Under the pieces are notes generated by a model. It was not told the origin of the DNA. It did not search any database and worked only from the letters and a program-made list of their open reading frames with translations. Positions 41,367 to 54,817 of a stretch of 64,000 nucleotides of DNA are shown one piece after another. How positions within the stretch are numbered: position 1 is the first letter of the stretch; each line of letters opens with the position of its first letter. The stretch comes from Octopus bimaculoides (Eukaryota): positions 7,209,615 through 7,273,614 of the forward strand of contig NC_068991.1 of NCBI RefSeq assembly GCF_001194135.2, written 5' to 3'. A program made the position numbers and the translations under genes.

Positions 41367-42360
41367 ATTAACCATCCACTGATTGTTGGACTTTAGGAAG
41401 AGCAATGAGACACAATTATCTCATCGAGTTTCACTTTACAAATCTTCCTGTGGCAACCCAGGAAGACCTAATTATATCAGAACAGTGAAAGAAAAAGGCA
41501 AGCCACAGACTGCCTCACTAAATTTACATGGTATTTAGCAATTTTGGTACAGATTAATGACCTACACTTTGATAAGACAAGTTGACCTCAATCAATGGCA
41601 TTTCATTTGTGATACCAATGAATAAGTCTATCTAATATTCCTAACCTACTAACCAATCTGTCTGTCTGCATGCCCGTCCATCTGTCCGTCTGTCTGTCCA
41701 TCTGTCCATGCATCCATGTTGGTCTTTCTGTCTGTCTCTGTTTCTTTCCTTGTTCATCTATATTGCGTCATCATCATTTAACGTCTGTTTTCCATACTAG
41801 CATGGGTTGGATGGTTTAACAGGAACTGCACCAGATTCCATTATCTGATTTGGCACGGTCTTGTGAAAACAAACACTTCTTTTTTCCAAGCTGAGATTCA
41901 AAACCAAATCTAAGGATTCTCGCTCGTCTGATCCATCACTGGCCAAACAGGCGCGAAAGAAATTTCTTTATCCTGTTAAAAAATGATGGATGGTTTCCCT
42001 TTGACCTTCAACCTCAGCCGTGTCATTTAAGGTTCAAGTGGACAGGAGGCGACCTACATAGGTAGGAATTTGTCCTGTAGTATGTCTGTCCTAGCTGTCA
42101 TGACCAGCAATCCATCAAAGGATGAGATACAGTCAAAGAGAGAGAGACAGCCAGCCAGTAACTTCACCAATTAAGCAGGCAACACAGATCCAGATATTCA
42201 ACATGAATGACAGCAGCAGTCGTAGAACATAAGCAGATGCCACTGAATGACCAATTCACATACAGACACAAAACATGTCCGGTTCTACCCTGTTAATTTC
42301 TTCTTGATTGGTTCAAAGCAAGTTGGGAATGTGAAAACATAAAACACCCACACACACATG

Positions 42361-42725
42361 GGCACTGGCATGTCTGAGTGGTAAGCAGCTTGCTTCCTGA
42401 CCATGAGGTTCTGGGTTCAGTCCCACTGCAGTGTACCTTGGATGTCCTCTACCATAACTTCAGGCCAACCAAAGCCTTGTGAGTGGATTTGATAAGCAGA
42501 AACTGAAAGAAGCCTATTGTGAGTGTGTGCGCGTGAGAGCATGCGTGTGTACATTCATGCATGCGTGTGTGTGTCTTTGAGCCTATGTTTGTCTCCCACC
42601 ACTGCTTGATAACCAGTGTTGGTTTGTTTATATCCCTGTAATTTAGCGGTTTGGCAAAACAGATGATAAAATAAGTACAAGGCTTAAAAAAAAAAAATGA
42701 AAAAAGGTACTGGGGTTGGTTGATT
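42361..42725 (+). mobile_element. SINE family B copy
   Basis: gagtggtaagcagcttgc...gggttcagtcccactgc head and body. Confidence 0.75.
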
Positions 42726-44141
42726 TATATCTATATATATGTAGTACTCTATATATGTAGTACTATATAAGGTAATACTATATATTCCTAAAGGACGAGA
42801 TGGTAATTGCTGGTAGGCATTTTTTACTGCAAATCTTGATTAGGGTTGACCAATGACATAATTAACAAAAAAACCAAAGATCTCATTCATTTCTGAGCTG
42901 GAAATCTTATCGCTTTCCTGTCGATCAGGTTACTATTCTCTGAAAAGTGATATCTGCAAGTATAAAGAAACCACTTTCCCTGTAACTCACTTCTCTCTCC
43001 TGGATCACCACAACAATAATTTCCAATTAGCTTCAGTTAAAGTCTCTTTCTTTCCGAGGAATTCTTTTGCTGTATTCGTTGCTCCTTTTCCTTCCATCAC
43101 CTGTCTGTCTCGTATCCTGCATCAAACAAATCAATCACTCCTTGCTTCTCATTAAGCACCAACCAAGAAAACACACACACACACACACATGATGGGCTTC
43201 TTTCAGTTTCCAACTACCAAATACACTCACAAGGCTTTGGTCAGCCCGAGGCTACAGAAGAAGACACTTACCCAAGGTACCATGCAGTGGGACTGAACCT
43301 GGAACAATGTAGTTGGGAAACAAACTTCTTACCACACAGCCACACCTGTACCTACTTATTTTTATTTTATTTTTTTAAATTTTTTTTTTTGGCATGATGG
43401 TTTTAAAATTTGTAGCCTTTGGATACCATTGTTATAGATGCAGCACCTTTAATAAAGAGCAGATGATCATGGCTGGAATGCCTCATAACATAGATCTACT
43501 CATTCAGAGCTTGCTTAGCTGGACTAAACAACAACACATTAACCTTTGTTAAAGAAACTCAGAACACTACAATGCACACCCACTCAATACATGACAACAT
43601 TTTATCCTCTCCCTCAATGTTCATTAACCCATAATAAAAATATTAACACAATGTAATTAATATGCTTTGCTCTGATGAAGGCATCCAATGATATCATTTA
43701 AAGCTTGGCTCTTCCTACTACACAATGTAGCTTTAGAACATTAATACAACACATCTTCCCATTAACTGATTTATAGAAAGTATGAGTGACTAAATGCAAA
43801 CATGGCTGAAAGGGTCTCATGTTTCTTTTTTTGCTTTTTAACCAGAAAGACATGTGGCAAGAGTGTGGGTGTATTATTTGTTCATTTGTTTAAAACCTGT
43901 CTTTTTTTTTTTTTGATTTTTATCTATGATACCATATATCGGTTTAAAATTTTGGTACAAGGCCAGCATTTTCAGGCAAGGGGGTAAGTTGATTAGATCA
44001 ACCGCAGTGTTCAACTGGTGCTTATTTTATCAACTCTGAAAACAAAAGACAAAGCTGACTTTGGCTGAGTTTGAACTCAGAACATAAGGACAGATGAAAT
44101 GCTGCAAAGCATTTAGCCTGCCATGCTACAATCTGATCTGG

Positions 44142-44691
44142 NNNNNNNNNNNNNNNNNNNNNNNNNNNNNNNNNNNNNNNNNNNNNNNNNNNNNNNNNNN
44201 NNNNNNNNNNNNNNNNNNNNNNNNNNNNNNNNNNNNNNNNNNNNNNNNNNNNNNNNNNNNNNNNNNNNNNNNNNNNNNNNNNNNNNNNNNNNNNNNNNNN
44301 NNNNNNNNNNNNNNNNNNNNNNNNNNNNNNNNNNNNNNNNNNNNNNNNNNNNNNNNNNNNNNNNNNNNNNNNNNNNNNNNNNNNNNNNNNNNNNNNNNNN
44401 NNNNNNNNNNNNNNNNNNNNNNNNNNNNNNNNNNNNNNNNNNNNNNNNNNNNNNNNNNNNNNNNNNNNNNNNNNNNNNNNNNNNNNNNNNNNNNNNNNNN
44501 NNNNNNNNNNNNNNNNNNNNNNNNNNNNNNNNNNNNNNNNNNNNNNNNNNNNNNNNNNNNNNNNNNNNNNNNNNNNNNNNNNNNNNNNNNNNNNNNNNNN
44601 NNNNNNNNNNNNNNNNNNNNNNNNNNNNNNNNNNNNNNNNNNNNNNNNNNNNNNNNNNNNNNNNNNNNNNNNNNNNNNNNNNNNNNNNNNN
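44142..44691. other. Assembly gap (others: 31736-31851, 40995-41189, 49341-49502, 57675-57760)
   Basis: N runs, most abutting (TA)n/(CA)n microsatellites or SINEs. Confidence 1.
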
Positions 44692-44857
44692 AGACAGAAG
44701 ATAAACTGTTTTTACTTCAAAATTTTATAAATTGTTACTGATATTTGACAAGATTAGAGGCATCGAAACCAGTAATATTTCCTTTATATAACTTTTTATT
44801 AAATTCCCTCTTAAATTGAAATGTCTTAGACTTACTTGAGTGCTCTTTCCACTTCCG

Positions 44858-44898
<41 letters not shown>

Positions 44899-45074
44899 AA
44901 ATCCCTCACAAGGCTTTTGTTGGCCCAAGGCTATAGTATAAGACACTTGCCCAAGTTGCCACGCAGTGGGACTGAACCCGGAACCATGAGGTTGGTAACC
45001 AAATTACTTACCACAATCTTCATATATTTATTCTCAGTGCATTTTGAACTTCATCTATTTCTTATATATAGGTG

Positions 45075-45114
<40 letters not shown>

Positions 45115-46436
45115 GTTACACACACACACAGTTACACACACACACAGTTACACACACACAGTTACACACATATGCCTGAAATATTTAATGTAGATAAATC
45201 TATAGTCATTTATCTAGAAAAATATCATCAGCTACTTTTCTGCCTACTGAAGAGAACAAAGAGAATTTTTTTACATCATCAGCATTCTCCATAAATAAAT
45301 GATTGTCAATTTATTTGCATTATACATGTTTCAGGTTTTGATTTATGCTTTGTCCTACATATATGTATGGATGTAGGGCGCATATATGTAGGACTCATAC
45401 ATATATACATATATGTGTGTGTGTGTGTGTGTGTAAATGCTTATATCTTTATATATGTATATCACACACACACATGCATACATACATACACTTATACATG
45501 CTAATAAGATATGGACTCAATAGAGAAAACTTGGAGCTAAATAGAAGATCATTGTTCAAGAAACCAGTAGGTTTAAACCTCATCGTATGCTTGTGAAGCA
45601 AACACAGCCATATTAATAAAATCTAAATGCACACACGTCCCCGTAACTTATGGGTTTGGCAAACGGGACCAATAGAATAAGTACTAGGCTTACAAAGAAT
45701 AAGTCCTGGGATCAATTTCTTCGACTAAAGGCGGTGCTCTAGCATGGCTGCAGTCAAATGGCTGAAAGAAGTCAAAGAAACATTCCTGTAAAAACATATA
45801 TTATGCTCTGTGTATCTCATAAACAGATTCAGAACTGATTTTATACACTTCATAGATACATATATATCAGAAATACACATAAATACACATATATGGAGAC
45901 ATTTAGTAGGCTATACATTCCCCAGGAGAGGCCTGTGGTTTTGTGATTAGAGTATTGCTTTCATGATTTTAAGACTGTGATCTCAATTCCTAGACTGGGC
46001 AATGTATTACATTCTTGAGCAAAACACTCCATTTCATATTGCTCCAGTTCACTCAACTATAAATGAGTAAACTCTGTGATGGACTGGTGTATCATTCAGG
46101 GGGAATATATACACCACAGAATCCAGGAAACCGGTCTTATTAGCCCATGGTTTGGAAAGGACCTTTGACCCTTGTATTTTAGATACATTTCCATACATGT
46201 GCATATCAAGTTCTCTTTTAATTTTTACATGGCAAAGCATATAAACATATATACATTCTACCTATGTGTTTATATAACCTTCAAATGGCCAAATGAGAGA
46301 TATGAATAATATATATATATGTGTGCATGATATTGTATAATACACAATGTACATATTATATAAAATATATAATATATATGGTATATTATATAATACACAC
46401 ATTACACACACACACACACATACATATAAAAATATA

Positions 46437-46772
46437 TATAATCATAAATATATAGGGATTGACAGTAACCTGCTTCTCCAACATACTGAGAATTCAGAAA
46501 TAGCAGTCAAAGAACTACTGATTTCAAAACTCCAAATTATTACTCCAGATTGATAGCGATATTTTTGATACACACAGAACAAAAAACAGTAGAGAAGAGT
46601 AAAAAACCACTTGCCTTTAGTGTTTTTTGTTCTGTGTGTATCAAAAATATCGCTATCAATCTGAAGTAATAATTTGTAGTTTTGAAATCAGTAGTTCTTT
46701 GACTGCTATTTCTGAATTCTCAGTATGTTGGAGAAGCAGGTTACTGTCAATCCCTATATATTTATGATTATA
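46437..46772. repeat. Long inverted repeat, 152-bp arms, 32-bp spacer
   Basis: 46437-46588 is the reverse complement of 46621-46772 with 2 mismatches (manual alignment). Confidence 0.95.
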
Positions 46773-47404
46773 AATGTTTTTACCGAAAAGGTTTTTTCAT
46801 ACTGAGCTACCCGGCAAAATTGTTAATTATTAATTTTATTACTAATTGACGATTCCCTGCCCTGCATATCTATATAAAAATATATATGTACATACAAACA
46901 CACATGCAGACAAACCTACACATATACACACATTCATTTATTTATTTCTCCTTTCTTATTTTTACCCTCACACTATTTGTCATTCTTAGCTATGCCAACT
47001 ACTCTTTCACACCAGTAGTATTTCAAGTTTAATCTGACTACACAAACAACTACTGTTTAGAAATCAAGCGACATACAATATGAGCCAGAAGGTCTTTTAA
47101 AATGCTTTTTTGTGTAATTAAGGTGATTCAAATAGACTTGACATAGTTTTTACACAAAATCTGAACATATCATGTTTGAAGACATTTTTTATTTTTTTTA
47201 AATTTTCTATTTATAGCTGAAGTTTTATGAGGTTATTTATTGCTGAGAAATATATTCTTAAAGATTACTCTTCCGGAACATTCTAGTGTTAGGAATCATC
47301 CACCGAATATATCAGAAAGAAAAAATACACTTTAAAAATACTTGTAAAAACCTTCAGATTTACAACTAAAATAACTAGAGCATTTTTTTAAAAGACATGT
47401 TTAA

Positions 47405-47630
47405 CCCTTTGGCATCCGGATTATTCTGTCAAGTGTAATACTTATTTATTCTTATTCATATAGTTTTGAATTAATCCTGTATTATCACAGAGCTTTGATA
47501 TTTCAATGATGTCATTGTATAGTTTTAGAATGACATTGCAGGGTAGGTGTGAAAGGCTAGATCTGGCCAGTTTAAAGGTAAAACAGGTCAAATATTTGGG
47601 CTGGATACCATTGGTTTAAATACTAAAGTT
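47405..47630. mobile_element. piggyBac-type MITE, family 2, opposite orientation, right end eroded
   Basis: TTAA-CCCTTTGGCAT start; interior is the reverse complement of 9803-9998 (e.g. gaatgacattgcagggtaggtgtgaaagg). Confidence 0.65.
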
Positions 47631-47934
47631 ACAAATAGTCCTTTCTTAAATCAAAAGATTTTGAATCTTTTCTCTTATATACTTAAGATCCAAATTTTGC
47701 AATCCATATTTATTACTTTAAATTATTATATACAAGTGGAGGGCTGAAATGTTCCTGGCTTTGGGTAAAAGAATAAACAAGAGGATCAGTTAATTATGAT
47801 GATGATGATGATGATGATGACCTTTTTGTTCTCCTGAATATACACTGCTGAATTTGGGTTGCATCTAATATGCTGCGTGCCTTTTATGCCATCAAATATC
47901 TGAGGTAAATGATGTCATAAAATTCACAATTATA

Positions 47935-48096
47935 GACACAGGAGTGGCTGTTTGGTAAGTAGCTTGCTTATCAACTGCATGGTTCTGGGTTCAATCCCAC
48001 TGTGTGGCAACTCAGGCAAGTGTCTTCTACTATAGCCTCAGGCCGACCAAAGCCTTGTGAGTGGATTTGGTAGTCGGAAACTGAAAGAAGCTCATC

Positions 48097-48185
<89 letters not shown>

Positions 48186-48450
48186 TATATGTATGTGTGT
48201 GTATGTGTTTCTGTGTGTGTGCGTTTGTTTCCCCACTATCGCTTGACAGCTGATGCTGGTGTGTTTACATCCCTGTAACTTAGCGGTTCGGCAAAAGAGA
48301 CCGATAGAATAAGTACTAGGCTTACAAAAAAGAAGTACTAAGCTTACAAAGAATAAGTCCTGGGGTCGATTTGCTTCACTAAAGGTGGTGCTCCAGTATG
48401 GCCGCATTCAAATGACTGAAACAAGTAAAAGAATAAAAGAATAAAAGAAT
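47935..48450 (+). mobile_element. SINE family B, full length with expanded internal (TA)n
   Basis: ggagtggctgtttggtaag head, ggttcaatccc B box, tail taaaagaataaaagaataaaagaat. Confidence 0.85.
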
Positions 48451-49004
48451 TAGAAGAATAATATGGATCCACTGCACTAGACATGCTAAACACGCAGTGT
48501 TGCAGAGTTTGAACATATGACTTTGCTTTAACAGTCTATCACTGTCACACATTAGCCATAATATTTTATACTATTAAAATTATAAGAAGCATTCCTTCCA
48601 AGCTAATCTTCACCATGGATTACAAAGAATAAGCAGATTATGATGTTTTAAAGACTACATTTATAAATGCATAATGGACAGCACATTAATAATTGGAAAC
48701 ATGCATAACATCTTTACAGTTTATGTTAGTCTTGAACTGTCTAAGGTTCTATCGCAAATATTGATTTGTGTTCATCTACTTAATATTGATTTCTTTTGAG
48801 CAATTGAAAGCATTAGTGATCAAAGCCTTATATGACCAACTTAATCTGTACATTCATAAATGGGTTAATAATAATTAAAAGCACTAAAGTGCTTTAAGTC
48901 AAAAGCCTTGTACAGGCAAAATGGATTAGAGTTTGTATATATATACATATATACTTTCGGTGCGAATGGTTTTGTTATACGGTGCCGGGTTTTACAACCC
49001 TATA

Positions 49005-49299
49005 AATAATGGTATTTATATAAGCCTAAAGCTTATAGTGATCACCATGCAATGACTAAGGAAAATAGTCTAATAAAGGGGCATATAAGCCCTCGACAGG
49101 ACAAAAGCAGGCTTTCCTATCTGCGTGGGATGGTAACACACTTAGTTGTGTGAACAAAGGGATGTGGGTTTGAGTCCCATGCGGATAGGAAAGCCTACTT
49201 TTTTCTGTTGAGGGCTTATATGCCCCTTTATTAGACTATTTTCCTTCGTCATTGCACGGTGATTGCTATAAGCTTTAAGCTTATATAAATACCATTATT
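49005..49299. repeat. Palindromic element, ~125-bp arms around a tRNA-like core
   Basis: 49005-49130 vs 49175-49299 about 90% complementary; core has TGGTAACAC and GGTTTGAGTCC. Confidence 0.9.
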
Positions 49300-49300
49300 A

Positions 49301-49340
<40 letters not shown>

Positions 49341-49502
49341 NNNNNNNNNNNNNNNNNNNNNNNNNNNNNNNNNNNNNNNNNNNNNNNNNNNNNNNNNNNN
49401 NNNNNNNNNNNNNNNNNNNNNNNNNNNNNNNNNNNNNNNNNNNNNNNNNNNNNNNNNNNNNNNNNNNNNNNNNNNNNNNNNNNNNNNNNNNNNNNNNNNN
49501 NN

Positions 49503-49544
<42 letters not shown>

Positions 49545-49545
<1 letters not shown>

Positions 49546-49908
49546 TGTATCTGTTTCGGTCAATGGACTACATCCATGGGGCACCATGGATGTAGGGGCA
49601 CCACCTTGAAGGCTTTAGTTAAACCAATTGATCCCTGTAGGTATGTTCTTTTTCTTTTCTAGTCTAGTACTTATTCTATTGGTTTCTCTGGCTGAACAAC
49701 AAAGTTACAAGGACATAAACAAACCAACATATATAACTGCAAACATACACACACATACAATGGATTTCTTTCAGTTTCCATCTACCAAATCCACTCACAA
49801 GCTTTTTGGTCCACCTGGGGCTACAGTAGAAGACACTTAGCCAAGGTTCCACATTGTGACACCAGAACCGTATGGTTGGGAAGAAAACTTACCACACAAC
49901 CATGTCTG
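49545..49908 (-). mobile_element. SINE family B copy
   Basis: ttctttcagtttccatctaccaaatccactcacaag core with head and tail. Confidence 0.75.
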
Positions 49909-50329
49909 TGCAGACAGACAGACAACTAGATGGATGGATAGAGAGATAGAGAGATATGTGTGTACATCAAAGAATGGTGATTAATGTGACTGACTACAGC
50001 GGTAACTGAGTAGAAATCTCAGAATAACAGGTGCTTGGTCTGTTGTGAGGTATATATCAGCCAAGGTAGACAGCTTAAAATTAATAGAAAAAGCCAGCTG
50101 GAAAAGATGTTTCTCTGGAGCTATAACAACAGTAACATCGTCCTGTGTAGGACTGCCACATTCTGTTGGCATATAAACATTACTATATAACATACATTTC
50201 TGAATTTAGAACATACAGATATACTTTTTTAATAAGTAACAAAATGAATGAAATCAAACATAACAAACTAAGAAACGCGGCAAATCTAACATAAACTTCA
50301 TTCTTAACAATTAATTACGTTGGACAACA

Positions 50330-51470
50330 GGCTATCAGTGGTCGATGGTCACTGAGTATATTGAATGTTCAGTTTTACAAATATGTGTGGAATACTTCGC
50401 TTGCCATTAACACAGGAAGACCTTCCTTTATTAGTGTGACAACACTTGTTCGATTTGTGAAAGTGCTTTTAGATGCATCTGGAGTCATACACCAGCGTGG
50501 AGTCCAGTTCAACAGGATTGGCATCAACATAAAAGCTGTGTCCGATGTCGATGTATTGTACGTGATGTTATGCATTGTTTTAATTCCTATAATTCTTCCT
50601 ATTGTGCATTACCTACTGATATTTTTCGTTCCTTTTATCAATAGAACATCTATTTTAGTGGCAGCTAAAATTATTGTGTTTACTTCCCACCAAAGTACAT
50701 TTCACGGGATTTAATGAAAGGTCACTGTTACGCAATATCATTCAAATACCGACCGTCGTTTCAGACCTTTTACTATTTTTACTATTTGTTACAGTCTAGA
50801 ATATTATCTGCAATATTACTTCTACTAGCTTCAGATTCTAAAAGGTTAGTACATTCCGGAAATTCTTCAAATGCTGAGGAAATTCCTATAACCAACCTTT
50901 GCTACAGATATTTGCTGGGAAAAGTATGTTATATGACACAATGGTTCATATAATTCTATTTGGCGACAGTCCATATTAAGATCAAGTTTCGAAAAGAAGC
51001 ATGATCCATTCAAATCTTCCAGCATCTTTTCAACAGTAGGTATTGAGCATGGTCTACTTTTAGCTAGTTGATTTTGCTCTGTGTAGGTTCAAACACAAAT
51101 ATTAAATGCAGCCATCAGTTTTTAGTGCAGTAGCAACTAACGGCGAAACCCCCTTTGTGAAAGCCATTAACATTTTCAATCATATCCAGTCTTAACGCAT
51201 GTTCAGTTTCTTCTAATTATTTCTTTGCACGAAACGGTATTTGTTTCACAGCCTGTCTTTCAGGTTTTATGTCATGGTTGATTGATAATTCTAACAAAGT
51301 CTTTCAACTTATCAATGCTTTTGAATACTTTAGAGAATCGGTTAATAATGAAATTGTCTTTTACTATTGATAAAATATCGACGAAGTTTGTTTGAACCAA
51401 ACCAAGAAAAGCTTTCTTATCACTCAATAAACCACAGCCACTCCTCATAGATTTGGTGACAAACAAACAC
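50330..51470 (-). mobile_element. Decayed Gypsy/Ty3 LTR retrotransposon pol fragment (RT-RNase H)
   Basis: Broken frames give IPTVEKMLEDLNGSCFFSKLDL, NIADNIL (YxDD position), LSLNPVKC, FYVDANPVELDSTL, KEGLPVLMASEVFHTYL and LSDHRPL in RT then RNase H order; many stops and frameshifts. Confidence 0.9.
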
Positions 51471-52299
51471 CCAATGAATAAAGGCGATTTGGTCTAGTTT
51501 TAGGCGTGATTTCGCATAGCTGGATAATTGCTACGGCAGGGTTAAATTACATGTTGCTCTGGAATCGATAATAAACAATGTAATTATTCCATCACCTTTA
51601 TTTTTTATTTTTGTTGTTCTAATTAATATCACCTTAGTTTAAGAATAAATTCATCATTATTGATTGAGAAGGCTTTAGTCATATAGCTTATTGCAATTGC
51701 CTTTCCCAGCTCAGGTAGAAGCATTACTAAATTTACGAACTGTTGTTACCTTGATTTCCAAACCCTCGGATTTTTTGTTTTTTTTTACATGAGTTGCAAA
51801 TTTTCTAGAATTAGACAATCCTATGAGGGAGCCTCTACATGGTCTCCTGACCTGTTAGTAATAATAGCCAAAACCCTTCAAACCACACCCTAGCGTCTTA
51901 GAAAAGAATACACTGGGTGATGTAGACTTATGTTCTACGGGTTGGCCATAGCTGCAGTGCCTTTGATCATAGAGCTCTTCAGAATTAAAATGAGGTAATA
52001 CACCAACAATATAAACAGTCTAGGATTAGAAAAAAATGAGGTTTATAATCACATCCATAGTAGAATATTTTTTAACGATCATCGAATTAGGACTTCACTA
52101 AACTCAAGGATCGTCATTTTTTGACATTCATTTGTTGATTGCCTAATCAAAATTATATGTTCTTTATCGAAGGTAATAGATGTGCTTTCTTTCGTATTAC
52201 TGTTCAACTAGATCATGCCTTCACCGATACTATAAACTTTTTAAGGGGTGACTACTTTTAGGGTAATCACAATACTCCATCTCTGAATGTAGGAGTCGA

Positions 52300-53520
52300 T
52301 GTCTCATCAGGTGATGCAGCAGCTCTGTAAGTGTTTCAGTTCCTTCCACTGCAACACTAGAGCTACCTGAAGTCACCCACCATCGTATGTGACAAGACTC
52401 TCCCACAACAGTATGAGCTTTGACGAGTCAGATATTGCGATTCTGAGCCAGATATTTCTACCATTCTCAATGCTTGTTCTTACTACATCTCGTCCTCTCT
52501 CTTGAGCCAAATGTAATGGTTTGTTCTTTCAGTGGCTTCCAGCAATTTTCTGGCAACATCTAGTCAAAAGCTCTTTAGCATCAAGTGAACTCTGGTTCCA
52601 ACAAATCCTGTAGCACCTATCTCTACTGGAAAGCATATTGCCTCTCATTTATTATTTCCACCGAGTTCAACCAACTCACTGTATTTTCTGTCCTTCCTGA
52701 AGAAAATATCTTCAATGTTCACTTTCCAGGGAACTGTTAGCTCTACCATCTTTACCACCTTACTTTCTTTGCACCACATGACAAGGTTGAGTCTTTTGGT
52801 CATAACAAGTGGGAAATGATATTTACCATCAAAAACAACAGAAAATTCCAAAGCCCCAAACCCATTCTAGATCATTCTTCTATCTTACAGTGACTGGTTC
52901 AGCTTCACCTTCCCTGCAAAAGTTTATCTTCCCATGTTCCACTATTTGTAGTCTTCTGCTGTTAATTCATTCTACCCTCTCTGCCATATCAGCCAGTACT
53001 CTAAGTACTTGATTATGCCACTATGTGTATATGTCTTCCAGACTTAGTGGAACTTATCTTAATGAATTGGTCCATTATTGTAAAGTGAGTTTCATACTCA
53101 GCAAATTACATATTTTCTGACATGTATTTTTCAGCTGAGTATTGAGTCTTTTTTTAGGGATTGAAAGCATGTAAATGTTATGTGGCATGCTTTGCTACAA
53201 TATGGATATTAAACCTACTTGTACATGAAATTATTCAGTGAAGTTTTTGTCAGTCCTAGCCTTGTTTACATCTTCACGCATGTCCTGAACAACTCTCATT
53301 ATTTATGCCTAATATTCTCAGCAACCACTTGACTATTACTTTTCCAGCTTTAAAATCCTTAAACACTTCCTTGAGCAGAATACCTGGCCCTTCTCTTAGC
53401 TTCATTTGAAATAATCTCAGAAACACTCCTTCCCAAATAACATCCAGCTTTATAAAATCATATCTCCTTTCAACCAGGAATACTTATGCTTCTTTTTCTC
53501 GAAGTGCAGAACATAAGCAC
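52300..53520 (-). mobile_element. Decayed RLE-type non-LTR retrotransposon 3' end (HERO-like)
   Basis: CCHC-derived CNLLS...YT*WHNQVLRVLAD, RLE core KRLNLVMWCKESKVVKMVELTVPWKVNIEDIFFRKDRKYSEL, and terminal CFPVEIGATGFVG...ERTNHYIWLKRED, followed by a ~200-nt 3' UTR. Confidence 0.8.
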
Positions 53521-54817
53521 ACCTATTCTTGGCTTCTTTCTTAGACCTGACATTTTATTACATATCTAGGTTTCTCATATGACTGTTTGCTACATATTCT
53601 TTCCAGTGGAGATATGATCTAGAAAATAATAAAGTATCATGAGATATAAAAGAAGTAGTAACTATTGAAATTTGTAAAGAAACCAAACCTAGAAACCTCT
53701 TCCAAATTCAAGATGGCTGAATTGCCAGGGTATTAGACAATCAGTTGAAAGCTTAGTTGTTTGCATTTTGCCATTAATACTGCACTGTTTCCATGATCAA
53801 GACACTTTACTCGAAGTGAATGACTCAAAACACAGTGGAATATTTCATTGCTGTAGACGACGTTTTGTTTGCATGCAGTGTTGACTTAATGCCCTTCTAT
53901 GGATATACGAGAACTGTGTGCTTGGCTGACAGCCTATCCCACAAAAAGCACACAAAGCCTCTGAAACTAATGACACATGAAACTGTCAGGCAGAAGTACC
54001 TTTAGGCATTTGTTAGACAAACAACAACAACAACAATAATACTAAGGATAATGATGGTTTTTTAAATGACACAGATTGCTGGTGAGAATATTATCAATAT
54101 TGTTGGTAAGGTATATGCTACATATTATAGAAAGAAAATAATATTGTTTTTAACTTACTTTAAATGTTGAATAAAGTTGATGTAGAAAAATAAGTAGACA
54201 TATTATTTTTTATTTTTCACTTGTTTCAGTCATTGGACTGCGGCCATACTGGAGCACCACATTGAAGGTTTCAGTCAACCAAATCAACTCCAGTACAATT
54301 TTTTTTTTAAGTCTGCTACTTATTTTATTGGTCTCTCTTTTGCTGAACCGCTAAGTTATGGGGATGTAAACAAACCAATATCAGTCAAGCAGTGGGGGTG
54401 GACAAACATGAACACAAAGGCATGCACACACACACATACATGCATACATACATATTGTTTTGAATGTGTGTGAATGTGTAAAGAAAAATGGTTTATTAGA
54501 ATGTTCAAACCTGTTCTGAACAGAAATAAAAGCAATAATATAACAACCAGCTAATGATGTGGATCAAAAAATATCTCTAGCCTATAAATATAAACAAGTT
54601 ACAGAATATCGGTACGCCTGGCAAACCATGCGGATTGGTCAAAAAGGTATTCTAAAAATTCAGCTTTTTGGAGCATTCTAAGAGGTACAGAAGTTGAAAT
54701 TTGATGATTACATTATGTATAACTTTATGAGCATTACAAAATATTTTTTTAATGTTAAAATACCATAATAAAAAATGTAAAAACCAGACCATGTTTTAAC
54801 TTTATTCAACTGATATA

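Noticed and set aside
40393-41405. YIYI/THTH/CVCV-rich ORFs here and elsewhere, some spanning X runs
   Set aside because: Dinucleotide repeats and assembly gaps, not coding.
41891-41986. Open frame LRFKTKSKDSRSSDPSLAKQARKKFLYPVKK* after a pyrimidine-rich AG; weak tRNA-like look on minus
   Set aside because: No known motif, no upstream exon identified, and the cloverleaf cannot be completed.
43020-43060. In-frame TGA in LLLW*SRRE as a possible selenocysteine (within 42991-43116)
   Set aside because: No selenoprotein-like context or SECIS evidence.
50361-50714. 117-aa plus-strand ORF with a hydrophobic C-terminus
   Set aside because: It is the antisense shadow of the Gypsy RT/RNase H fossil on the minus strand.
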